Source: Anthoceros angustus
Taxonomy: Eukaryota > Plantae > Anthocerotophyta
Assembly (NCBI GenBank): GCA_010909165.1
Contig: MU008179.1
Location: forward strand, 744,001-808,000
Direction of reading: 5' to 3'
DNA: 64,000 nucleotides
Shown here: positions 23,958-35,329 of the stretch, one piece after another
Position numbering within the stretch: position 1 is the first letter of the stretch
How the letters are laid out: each line of letters starts with the position of its first letter
Position numbers and translations under genes: made by a program
The notes under the pieces: model-generated
What the model saw: the letters and a program-made list of their open reading frames with translations, nothing else
Told to the model about the DNA's origin: nothing
The model's database searches: none

Positions 23958-26644
23958 TTATATAATTATGTTTATGATACAGTATGAAATAGCGTTATTA
24001 AAAACCGGCAAAATTCTTGTAGTGTACCCTCCTTCCCAGCAGTGATTTATCTTCCAAGCATCGTCCAAATCCTTCTCCCTAGCCACTCCTCCTCCTTGCT
24101 CCAATCGTAGTGAAAACCTTGAGCCTTGCCCAAAGATTGAACTAACAAGCGAATGTCCATGTACATAGGCCTTATGCCTGTTATTCCGCTCCTCATCGCT
24201 GGACAGCCACACCATGTGCTCCTCCCTCCACGCTCTGGCCTCCGCTTCGCTCATCTCCTCGATCACCACTTGGGGGGGGTAGGCCCCAACTCCGTTCAAG
24301 GAACCACGTAGCGTGGCGATCAAGATGTCGCCATTAGTTTCGCCTCCTGTCCCAACAACCACATACACATTTAGAGTGAGCACCCGCTCACCATGCAGGC
24401 AGAAGCCAGGGACATAAGCATCCTCATCCAGGCGCCATCATCTCCACCGCTCTTGGACTCATGAGACCTCCCCACCTCGGTTCCTCCTCCTCCTCCCATG
24501 GACAATCCGAACCGGCCTTAGGAATCCGAGTCGTATCCCCACCTGCAGCGCTCCTGTTGGTGGCTTCCCCCACCTCGGTTCCTCCCTCCGCGACGGTGGC
24601 CGTGGTGGTTGCTTCCCCCACGGTGGTTGCTTCGGCTACTGCGGTGGCTGTTGCTCTGCCCTTCTTGGGTTTGTCTGCCTCTCTCTTGACTCTGGCCCTA
24701 GCTTCATCCCTCTCCCGCTTATATCTCTCCGCCAGCTTCTTGAATTTCTCCAGGGGCGCCATCATCTCCACCTGCTCTTGGACTCGCGAGACCTCATTCT
24801 GGAGCTCCTCAATCGTAGCGTGCGCTCCTTTTACTTGATTTACTAGGGCCTCCTGTTGGGTGGTCATGGCCTTCAACTGTTCCTGTGCCTTGCACAATGC
24901 CTCCTCACACTCCCGTCTGCGACCCTCTGCCACCTTGTTCTTGCCCTCCAGGCCCTCCACCTTCTCCTTGAGCAACTTCTCTTGTTGCCCCTGCACACTC
25001 AGCCAAGTGAGAGCCACGGCTGCCTGATCGAGAAGGTCCGCCTGAGTCTGAGCCATGGCCGAGGTCAGGGCATGCAAATTTCCGAATTGGGCAGTTCCTG
25101 TGCCCATCCCCCTCCACAACAATTCCATGCCTTGGTGTCACTTATCTCCACTTGTGGTGGTCAATGAGATGTCGCCAAAAATGTCTTTGAGCTCCGTCGC
25201 GGCTGCCAAAATTAGGCCTTCCTCTCCTAGGGGTTGATCTGCAACTACCCCTTTATCCGTTTCAACCTCCCCTAGTGGCAGCGACTCATCCCCTGCACCT
25301 GAAAGGGGGACAACCTGCCGTCTCCCTTTTATTTTCTCCTCCTTCACCCGCGTCCCTGCTGCTGATTTCGACCTCGTGACCCTAGGTGTAGCTGTGGGTT
25401 CCTCCTCCGCTGCGGCTGTTTTCCCCTTTTTGGCCGACCCCCGTTCAGTCGTCGCTACCCTCTTCCTCTTGCCCTTGGAGACCTCCCCACCCTCATCCGA
25501 ATCTTCCAGAGAGGCGCATTCCCAACTGCTGGAATCCTTCCCTGAATCCTCCTTATACTCCTCCTCCTCCACCTTGAGTTCTCTGACCGGTTTCCAGCTA
25601 TGAAGGGCAGACACGGCTTCCAACTCCGTTAGGCATCCGGAATGCTCAAACACATGAATCAAAAAGGGTGAAATCAAGGAAGGCCGAGGGGAGGGGGAGA
25701 GCAAATTCGCCTTCTCTTCACAAGCTCTTTCAAAAATCATCCTTCCCCAATCGATCTGCGTGCCCTTGACCACTTCATGAAGGAAGACCAGGAAGTGGTC
25801 CGCCATGTGATCTAACTTTCGATTCTAAAGGAAACACAAAATCCACTTGGCCAACCCAACCAGCTGCACAGACACGAGCTGGCGAGTCACCCATCCATTG
25901 TTAACTCTCACTTCCCCAGGCTTCATGAGCGCGGCTGCTGCAGCCTTCAGAGTTTTCTTCCTCTGCGGGTCGATCACCAAGCTCCCATCTTCCGATTCTT
26001 CCCGCCCATACACGGCTCGGAAGAGCCCCAAATCCCAATTTTGCGGCCTCTTCCTCGCGTCGCCCTCTTGCGTTTTGGTTCTCAGTTGGCGGGCACACTC
26101 CTGCACTAATGCTGGGCTGTCGTAGCACCATTTCTTCTCCATGAAATCTAGGCCCAGTTCCTACACAAGATCGCCAGCTCTAACCTTCCAGTGGTTCATG
26201 TTGGGCCACTGTATGGTGGGAATTTCTGCCGCGGCTCGGGGCGCCATCTCCTTTCCTCCTTCGTCTTCAAAAAAAGCCTCGGCTCTCCTGCAGACGCTGG
26301 TCAGAGAGGGAAAAGCACCACCCTCGCGCGCCCCTGTCGCTCCTCTTCGCACTGGTCCCATTGCCTCAGCGCCTCTTTTTCCTCCTTCGCGGCTCGCCCG
26401 GCGCGTGGTTTCCTCCTCGATCGCCGCCGTTCTGATCGGCGCGCCACCGCCACTGCAAAGCGGTGATTTGGCGCGAGCGATTGCATCGTCGCCCTGCGCT
26501 CGCCCGGGCTCGCTCACGGAAATTGGCGACCTCGCGATGTCGGTGTTCTTCTTCGATTGCGCTCCGGTGGCGGCCGCTCGCCACTAGGGTTGTGAACTCC
26601 CACAGTGCATGCGCCCGTCTTGCCACCGTGGTGGAACTAGCCAC
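23958..26644 (-). mobile_element. Probable transposon-associated degenerate ORF cluster (globular domain, charged linker, coiled coil)
   Basis: Collinear intronless minus-strand ORFs 25825-26142, 25138-25806, 24424-25128 and 23958-24383. FLHEVVKGTQIDWGRMIFE resembles accessory ORFs of plant transposons, and there is a long heptad-rich segment. No RT or transposase motif was found and boundaries are not defined. Confidence 0.35.
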
Positions 26645-27059
26645 CTCCCCACTTGACTGCGCAACTGTGGCAAAATGTAGGCACCCCTAGCATATATAGA
26701 CACTTTCTTATTTCTAAAAATTACCAAAACCCAAGGACCTATATCTAACCTTCCTAACCAGGGTCAAAACCCAAGGACAAGAAAATATTATTGTTACCAT
26801 GGGCCAAGGACTCTTTTCGTATAAAAGGCCTTACCCGGACGATTCCAAAGCATTCCGCTATACTAAGACACCAAAACAAAAAAAAATTCATTCATCCCGA
26901 CAGTTCAGAGAAGGGTTAGGACACATGCGATACTCCACACCGGGCCGGGCCGCACATAGGGCCCTTCACGCCCTCCATTCGTCAGACATCAGGGACTACT
27001 TTGTCGAGGAGCTTTTTTCTTGGATAGGGCCGTCTTCGGTCGGGCCCTTATCTCTGCCC

Positions 27060-27585
27060 CGCGCCTTTCCCCGTAGGGTCTGTCGGGGATGGTTGATGAC
27101 CATCTCCGAGATTACTTTAATTTAGCCCCCGAGGATCCCTCTAGCGGGTTCTCGGAGTTGTTTCTTTCAGCGGTTGTGGTGGCAAGAGGGGAGATCCCCT
27201 TCCAAATTGCTGAAGTATTGGGGGACAGTCACTTGTTGGCTATGGAAAAGCCCACCCCCAAGGTCCGCGTCATAGTAGTGGGGGAGGCGTTTTTGAGTTT
27301 AGTTAGTCGCAGCATTGCTATCCAACTTCGGGAGCAATTTCAGGGTGTATAGGACAACGCGGTGTATAGGACAACGGCAAGCGCAGGGTTGGCGGCTTCT
27401 TCGGCATTAGTGGTGGGTATGCCCTTTCGCATCTCTGATTTTGATATCCTTGGTGCAGTAGGCAGTTACAAGATTGGCGACAACGGGGGTTAGTCCCCAT
27501 GATCTGGTGCCCTCCTAAGGGTCATTCCCCCTTCTCTTGAGGTAGTTGGATTTTCCCATCTCTTTTTCATAATAAAGTCTCCTCT
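27060..27585 (+). mobile_element. Internally deleted CRE-like non-LTR fragment
   Basis: LLAMEKPTPKVRVIVVGEAFL...AIQLREQFQ (RT N-terminal region) joined to a 3' end and UTR (ttttcccatc...aataaagtct) homologous to 3380-3420. Confidence 0.75.
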
Positions 27586-27988
27586 TCTAGCTTTGTGCAC
27601 ATTGGGCATATGGTCATATGGCAGCGCCAGAAATGATTTCTACTCTTAAAGAGTGGCGAGAAATGACGCATTACTTTAATGAGTGGCCTGGACAAAAGTT
27701 CGGTTGAGTAGAGGCCAACAAGTTTACTTAATGTTTCCAAGTCGAAAGCTCTAGAGGGCGAAGGAAGGCTGCCGAGTTTGCGGCTCTAGCTCTTTCCGAT
27801 GGAGACTACGAACTCAAGGCTTGGAGGTGGCCAGCAGAACTGAGGTAATTAGAGATACTGGAGGAGCAGAGCAATGCGACAGCCCGATTATCCAAGAAGA
27901 GGAAGAGGGATTTGAGAGTCAGAATCTTCGGGAGTGAGCAGGAAGCCATTCAAATTGGATCACAAAGTGAAGTTGAATATGGCCAAGT

Positions 27989-29258
27989 GTGAGACAAATT
28001 CACATTCAAAAGCCGAGGACACCCCGCAAGAATCTCTCCTACAAACTGTGGGCAGCCTTATCGACGACTGGGGGACGGGGCTCACGGCTAATAGTAGAGA
28101 AGGAGGAGGAGTTGAAGAAAGAGGGGAACGAGCAGAAGGAGTTAAAGGAGGAAGAGTTCAATGGCCTTGCCTGCGACGATTGTAGCCACGACTTGCCCCC
28201 GGGGATGACAGCCGAGCGTGCCATATCCGACTACTTGGCGATGTTCTCCCTCTTTGTGCTGCAGCATGTGAAGAGCAAGTACGGCATCAGTGTGCAAGAC
28301 ATCCAGTGGTGCATGACAGTGCCTCCGACATGGGGCGGTATCCAGAAACAGCACATGCAACGGTGTACGGAGCGCGCTGGCATGGTTTGGGGCCCTGATT
28401 CCCAGCTTCCAGTCGCCACGGGCGGCGGGCAGACTCTAATATCAGCCCACACCCGCTGGTGATGGTGCTGCAGTCGGAGGCGGCGGCAACTGCAGCGGCA
28501 GCGGCCGTCTACTCCGGATCCCAGGCCTTCCAGAAGGAGCTGATGGCAAGGGATGATCGGTTTCTCGTGGTGCACATAGACGACGCGTTGGTTGATGTTG
28601 TGAAGCATAGGAAAACCAATTCGTCCTATCCCAGCTGATGCTGTTCAGAAACTTCAAGTCGCGACATTGCCTCACGGGGCTGTGCGAAGGATTGAGTGAA
28701 CGAGATTACTCAACGTCGCCCAAAATGCGAGGTCGGTGGTTCTCAGCAGGAGGCTTTGAGATAAACCCGGAGAAACCTTGCTACAGACATGGCTTTCGTG
28801 GGCTTTGCGGCGAGAGGGAATGAGAGGGACTTGGATGGGATATTGATGACGGAGTTCTTGGCCGGCAAGATCCCTTGCTTCCGGAAATATTTGCAGGAAA
28901 ACCCGACCGCCATCATACCCATTCTACGGCAGTGGGAGGATATCAAGATAGGCTACGACGACGTCCTCATGACGCCTTCGGCCTTGAAGCTTTCGCCCGG
29001 GTTGTATGGAGCCTGGGCAGCTTGCGAGAAAGGTGCCCATGTCCAAGGAGGTGGAGGTGACGGCCATGGACATGCAGCGCATGTTGGAGCCCACGGTGAG
29101 GAGGATTACCGACATGATCCACGCCGCTGTACAGGAGCAAGAGGGGCAGTGGGCACCGGTACGCAAGATTAAGGCCCTGATGTTGGCAGGGGGCTTGTCG
29201 TCGCACCCATACTTGGTGCGCCGAGTGCGAGAAGCCTTAAACTTGATGGTGAATTCGA
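27989..29258 (+). pseudogene. Degenerate HSPA12-like (atypical Hsp70/actin-fold ATPase) gene, cut off at a CRE fragment
   Basis: ISDYLAMF...IQWCMTVPPTWGG...ERAGM, LQSEAAA, FLVVHIDDALVDVV (degenerate phosphate-2 motif), MLEPTVRRITDMI and ALMLAGGLSSHPYL (adenosine motif), spread over several frames. Confidence 0.6.
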
Positions 29259-29260
29259 AG

Positions 29261-29381
29261 CCCTCCGCCGCCCAACCTGGAGGGTTAAGAATAACATGTT
29301 CACAGACACTCTCCCGGGTGGGATCGGTTACAACCACATCAGCAAACGAAACGTGATCCCCCTGGGTCAAAAATAGGTCTG
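29261..29381 (-). mobile_element. CRE-like fragment: continuation of the element interrupted by the Gypsy insertion
   Basis: DLFLTQGDHVSFADVVVTDPTRESVCEHVILNPPGWAAEG follows directly, in CRE coordinates, from GVSLRA at 40922 onward. Confidence 0.85.
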
Positions 29382-30577
29382 TGTTGCGCTACTGGCTGCA
29401 TAGCGTTCAGGACACACGGGAAAACAGTGTGGATGGTGTTCACAGTAGCCCGCACCCAGGTCAAACCCACACGCGCAATGTTCACGTTAAGACTATTCAA
29501 AACTGCAAATGGCAAAAATTCATTTCACTTGGATGTAGGGCCCAAATCCGCTCATCCACACTTCCCAAGAGCTACATATCAAAACTCCGTCCTCTATGTT
29601 GGGATCCGTATGGCTGCTCCCAAGAACAAACATCAGCAATCCGCCTGCTACTGCGGATTGCTTACTATCTTATACTGCCTAAGTGCTTGGCGCGCCTTCT
29701 CTCGCCAAATCACAGGCGCCCGCGTAGCGCGCCTTGACACCCTCCTGAAAAGACGTGCGACGCCGCCCGTAAATGCGGCCCACAATAACTCCGCCGCAAC
29801 TACCGATTCGTGACCACCCTCAGAACTTACACACACACATGTTCAGCATCGCATGCATATCCATCATAAATCCCCACCATACATGCATGCCCATAAGCGG
29901 ACATACATACCATACTCTCGCACATCCATCCACCCACATACCCATTCACCGAACACAACACGGTGTCATGACATCCGTCAGCCATCGGGTCGCATAGCGT
30001 GACACACGGAAAAGCAGTGTGGATGGTGTTCCGCGATGCGCACCGGTCAAACCCACACGCGCAATGTTCACGTTAAGACTGTTCAAAACTGCAAATGGCA
30101 AAAATTCATTTCAGCTTGGATGTAGGGCCCAAATCCGCTCATCCACACTTCCCAAGAGCTACAGCTGTCAAAGGAAACTCCGTCCTCTATGTTGGGATCC
30201 GTATGGCTGCTCCCAAGAACAAACATCAGCAATCCGCCTGCTACTGCGGATTGCTTACTATCTTATACTGCCTAAGTGCTTGGCGCGCCTTCTCTCGCCA
30301 AATCACGCCGGTGCAGCGCCGCCGACACCCTCACGAAAAGGCGTGCGGCGCCGCCGACACCCTCACGAAAAGGCGTGCGGCCCACAATAACTCCGCCCGC
30401 AACTACGATCGTGACCACCCTCAGAACTTACACACACACATGTTCAGCATCGCATGCATATCCATCATAAATCCCCACCATACATGCATGCCCATAAGCG
30501 GACATACATACCATACTCTCGCACATCCATCCACCCACATACCCATTCACCGAACACAACACCAGGGTGTCATGACA
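29382..30577 (-). repeat. Two tandem ~590-bp terminal (LTR-like) units
   Basis: Units run from tgt(t/c)gcgctactggc to gggtgtcatgaca (29382-~29973 and ~29975-30577). The right-hand ~430 bp recur at 40490-40921 and ~42280-42743, and in part at ~45300-45672; the right-hand ~250 bp recur at ~31740-31990. Confidence 0.75.
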
Positions 30578-30820
30578 TCTGTCGCGCTACTGGCTGCATA
30601 GCGTTCAGGACACACGGGAAAACAGTGTGGATGGTGTTCACAGTAGCCTGCACCCAAGTCAAACCCACACGCAATGTTCACGTTAAGACTGTTCAAAACT
30701 GCAAATGGCCCCCCTGCCAAAGTAGCGGCTGCCATTGCCTGCTGAAGCAGCACTTTGGGCATTCATATCCCATAAAACCTTCTATAAAACCGCCGAAACA
30801 TATTGTCCTGAAGTTGGGGC

Positions 30821-31663
30821 TCAGAAGGTCGCTCGTGCTCTGTGCGTCCGTGGCCAATAAAGCTGCCACTCGCCGCTCTTGAGGTCGAAGTACTCATCCA
30901 CTTGTGCTTTTCCCAGCCGCTGCCGTTCTCTGGCTCGGTGGCGAGCCATCAGTTCTTCTTCCTCATCACTGTCAAGCTCTGTCTTGACTCTGGCCATCTG
31001 TGGTCCATTCAATCCATTCACGTAGTACTGCTTCTTGATACATTGGGTGCGTAAATAATCATCTACGTTGTTGTTGAGCAAGTACCAGCACTCGGTTGTG
31101 GGCTCATCCCATTCCAGAATTCCTGTCCGCAAGCAAGCGAATAGGCGATAGAAAGCTCTTGGGTAGCCTATGGCGTATCGTCCCGCTTTTTCCCGATGCA
31201 AATGACTAAGCCACACCTTCAAGCTGTGCAAGTCTGCAGGTTTCTCCTGTTGCTTATACACCAGAAACCCTTCCTTGGGACAGTGATCAAAACCCTGATG
31301 CATGAAGAGGTGATGTTCCAATTTGCGAAACGCCCCTTCACAGTAGCTAGTCCACACAAACGTTTGCCTATTCATCCCCCTTCCTGCAAGTTCAAACAAG
31401 TCCCTGTGGTCATATGGAAAATTTTCAACATTGCAAGTCTCATGATGAGACTCCACATACAACAAAAACGCCTGTAATTCCAGGAACATCTCCGGCCGTT
31501 CTGGTTTCCCAGGCTGATATTTGCGAACCAGAGGAGTGCGCCACTTATCTTCCCATGGCCGCTCAGGGAATTGGGGCACACTATGATGCATCCTGCGGAA
31601 ACAAGTCTTACATGTATGATCTGCTTCCAAGTCCATTTTCAAAGTACTACTACACCACACCAC
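30821..31663 (-). CDS. Extra 280-aa ORF of unknown function, downstream of pol and co-oriented with it
   Basis: Uninterrupted ORF with N-terminal HTCKTC...HH and an acidic/basic C-terminus. A second, indel-rich copy lies at ~32200-33020, contiguous with the region 3' of pol. Confidence 0.6.
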   Translation of the reverse strand: MVWCSSTLKMDLEADHTCKTCFRRMHHSVPQFPERPWEDKWRTPLVRKYQPGKPERPEMFLELQAFLLYVESHHETCNVENFPYDHRDLFELAGRGMNRQTFVWTSYCEGAFRKLEHHLFMHQGFDHCPKEGFLVYKQQEKPADLHSLKVWLSHLHREKAGRYAIGYPRAFYRLFACLRTGILEWDEPTTECWYLLNNNVDDYLRTQCIKKQYYVNGLNGPQMARVKTELDSDEEEELMARHRARERQRLGKAQVDEYFDLKSGEWQLYWPRTHRARATF

Positions 31664-32199
31664 GGTCTCCCGTTAGTCACGGTGTCACAATTCCCACCCG
31701 CCCTGCCAGCATGCAGGTGAAAACTTTGTCGATGGCTCATTTCTCGCCAAATCACGGCCCGCGTGGCGCCGCCGACACCCTCACGAAAAGGCGTGCGGCC
31801 GCCGTCGGCCCACAATAACTCCGCCCGCAACCTCTGGGTCGTGACCACCCTCGAACTTACACACACACATGTTCGATCGCATGCATATCCATCATAAATC
31901 CCACCATACATGCATGCCCATAGCGGACATACATACCATACTCGCATCCATCCACCACATACCCATTCACCGAACACAACACGGTGTCATGACATCACAG
32001 CCGCTTCATCGGGTGCATAGCGTTCGGACACACGGAAAAGCAGTGTGGATGGTGTTCCACGATGACCCAGGTCAAACCCACACACGCAATGTTCACGTTA
32101 AGGCATTCAAAGCGCAAATGGCCCCACTTGAAGTAGCGGCGCCATTGCTGCTGAGCGACACTTTGGGCATTCATATCCCATAAAACCTTCTATAAAACC

Positions 32200-33020
32200 G
32201 CGAAACATATTGTCCACGAAGTTGGGGCTCGAAGGTCGCTCGTGCTCTGCGTCCGTGGTCATAGCCACTCGCCGCTCTTGATTGTACTCATCCACTTGTG
32301 CTTTTCCCGGCGCTTCTCGATGGCGAGCCATCGTTCTTCTTCCTCATCATCAAGCTCTGTCTTGACTCGCCATCTGGTCCATTCAATCCATTCACGTAGT
32401 CGCTTCTTGATACATTGGGTGCGTAAATAATCATCTCGTTGTTGTTGAGCAAGTACCGGCCTTTCGGTTGTGGGCTCATCCCATTCCAGAATTCCTATCC
32501 GCAAGCAAGCGAATAGGCGATAGAAAGCTCTTGGGTAGCCTATGGCGTATCGTCGCTTTCCGATGTAAATGACTAAGCCACACTTTCAAGCTGCACAAGT
32601 TTGCAGGTTTCTCCTGTTGCTTATACACCAGAAACCCTTCCTTGGGCCAGTGATCAAAAACCTGATGCATAAAGAGGTGATGCTCCAATTTACGAAACGC
32701 CCCTTCACAGTAGCTAGTCCACACAAACGTTTGCCTATTCATCCCCCTTCCTGCAAGTTCAAACAAATCCCTGTGGTCATATGGAAAATTTTCGACATTG
32801 CAAGTCTCATGATGAGACTCCACATACAACAAAAATGCCTGCAATTCCAGGAACATCTCGGCCGTTGGTTTCGGTGATATTTGCGAACAGTCGCCACTTA
32901 TCTTCCCATGGCCGCTCAGGGAATTGGGGCACACTATGATGCATCCTGCGGAAACAAGTCTTACATGTATGATCTGCTTCCAAGTCCATTTTCAAAGTAC
33001 TACCTTCGCACACCACACCA
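32200..33020 (-). pseudogene. Frameshifted second copy of the extra ORF
   Basis: EMFLELQAFLLYVESHHETCNVENFPYDHRDLFELAGRG and GILEWDEPTTE are shared with 30821-31663. Confidence 0.7.
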
Positions 33021-33690
33021 CGGTCTCCTACCGTTAGTCACGGTGTCACAATTCCCACCCGCCCTGCTAGCATGCAGGTGAAAACTTTGTCAGTCGCTCA
33101 TTTACGGTGCCGCCAACCCGTCGGTGCTGACCAACCTCCAGTCACCCACAAGGACAACCGTCCTTACAATGTCGTGAGGTGGTGAGATCGTCATACGATG
33201 ATGACTCTCAGCTCTACCACGGTTAGAAGTTTGTCTTCACATCAGAATCGGAAGCGCGACCTCAATCCACGGATTTCCAGGTGAGCAGCAAATCACCTTG
33301 ATGCATGGATGCCATGCTTGCGATCAGTCGCTCACGATGGCAGATGCGCCAGTCGCGTGCTGTTGTTGTGTCCACGGGTGTCTGGTGATCACCTATCGCC
33401 AGCGTCGCCCACCTTGTGATGTCGGCCTGACCTCGCCGCGATGCACAATTTACATCTCCTGCCTATTATGTTTGCCTCACAAGTACCTTGGTGCGGAACC
33501 TCCTGTTCACGTTATCACTTCTACTCTGATAACCTAGTTCCTCGCCTGAACAATCATGACCCCGTTTCTGTGGTAGGGCTTCAAACACCCATACCCGCCA
33601 TATTGCCATCATCCTAAAAAAACCTTTTTACTTCTACACTCATGCGCCTGCACTGCCCGTGCGACTTGCCAACGGGCTTCTTGCACAGGT

Positions 33691-35150
33691 TTACCCTATT
33701 GGGTCGTGGTTGATGAACTTGCGACACTCATGGGCCACTCGCTTGGCCCCCCAGCCACTTGATTCGCTTGTGGCGTTAGCACACCGGTGACAAAACCATT
33801 CGCCTTCTGGAACTGTTTTGAGTGGCGGTCGTAAGCAAAAGATATGATACCCTCCGTTGCATTTGTCGCAAAGTAACATCAATTCAGGATCAGTAACGTG
33901 ACCGCAGAACCCACAAGGCAGATCAATCGGTGGTTTCCATGCTTGCGGTTGTGTCCTTGTGTCAAGATTGGGCAAATGGCACGGTGCCAAATGCCGCATG
34001 TGCTCTTTGCACCGACGCCCATCTTGTCCTTCCAACTCAATCACCCCTTGCTCACCGACATGTACTACTCGCAAGATCAAACGTCCAGTGCTCACATCTA
34101 AAGTAGTTGAGGGTCGATGTTGCAGGTAGACAAAGTCACCCACCTCAAACTTCCTTGCTTTGGGTTTCCATGAGCCTCCCCTGGTGAATGCATACCAAAG
34201 TTGGTCCCGATGTTGGGCTATAGCAAGATTATCCATGGCCATCGGCATCACACGTTGAAACAGCCTTGCTCTTGCTTGCAATTCCGAAAAACATCCCGTA
34301 GGATCCTGTGCCCAGTCCACAGGCCTGGAATAAGTGTCTGCACTATGTTCGGCATGACTGCATTTCTGCCAAACATGATATAGTAGGGACTGAAGTTACC
34401 AAGTGCGGCTTGCACACTGATTCGGTATCCTAGAGCCACATAGGGCAATAGCTCGTCCCAGCAACTGGGTTCAATCTCCATACAATATTTACGCAGAGAG
34501 TCCTTGAAAGTCTGGACTAGACGCTCCGCCAACCCATCAGCTTGAGGGTGATCCCGGGAGGTTTGCCTGTGATCTATCAGGCTTCGATCCAACAGTGATT
34601 GAAACTCTCCTCGAAATTCATTGCCTTGGTCTTAACACTCAAAGACAACTACCGATCACGAGAACACATTGCAAACGCCTGCGGTATATTGCGAACTTCG
34701 ATCGGAAGGCCAACTCCACCCACTTGAAATGTTCGATCATCAACATACAATGTCTGTTGCCTGCACGGTGGTAGTTCGGGCATTAGATCGGCACTATCTC
34801 AAGAAAAGTCCTCGATGGGTACGAATGCAACACCACGTCTTGGCTGGTGAATCTGGCCTTTACTGCATCACACGCGGCACATTTGGCTACCACCTTTTCA
34901 ACGTCTGCATACATACCCGACCAAAAGTATGCGTTCTTCAACATATGATGCGTTCGTTTCACTCCAAAGTGGCCAAGCGTGACATGTACCTTGGTCACCA
35001 ATTGCTTCCTCTCCCCTATGGGTGGTACTTCCTTGAGTACCCCACGATCCGTTACCCACACTTTACCGTTTTCATAGGTATAATGAATGATTTTTCGTTG
35101 TAATCTTTGTAGCGCTGAGGCATCCATACCAGTGACCTGTCCATCCCGTA
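33691..35150 (-). CDS. Gypsy integrase with a C-terminal PHD finger (frameshifted)
   Basis: HVTLGHFGVKRT...YFWSGMYADVEKVVAKCAAC (HHCC), HPQADGLAERLVQT, KFEVGDFVYL, then CGFC...LLCDKC...YHIFCLRPPL...GEWFCHRC at 33781-33915. Confidence 0.9.
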
Positions 35151-35329
35151 GCAGCTGTATAGCTTGCTCATTTTTCCATATGTCTCTTCCTCCCTCAGCC
35201 AGTTGCCTTCCATCTTCCTGCTCTGTGGACATCAGGGCCATATAATAACTGGGCATGATTTGAGTGAGTCCAAAGTCCTGCCTTCCTCCAGTCACATCTC
35301 CTTTGTCCGTTTTCGGCATTGAGATGTAC

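Noticed and set aside
29690-29710. TGGCGAGAG as a primer-binding site
   Set aside because: It matches no tRNA 3' end that I can identify, and the equivalent position in the 40.66-kb copy reads TCGGCG.
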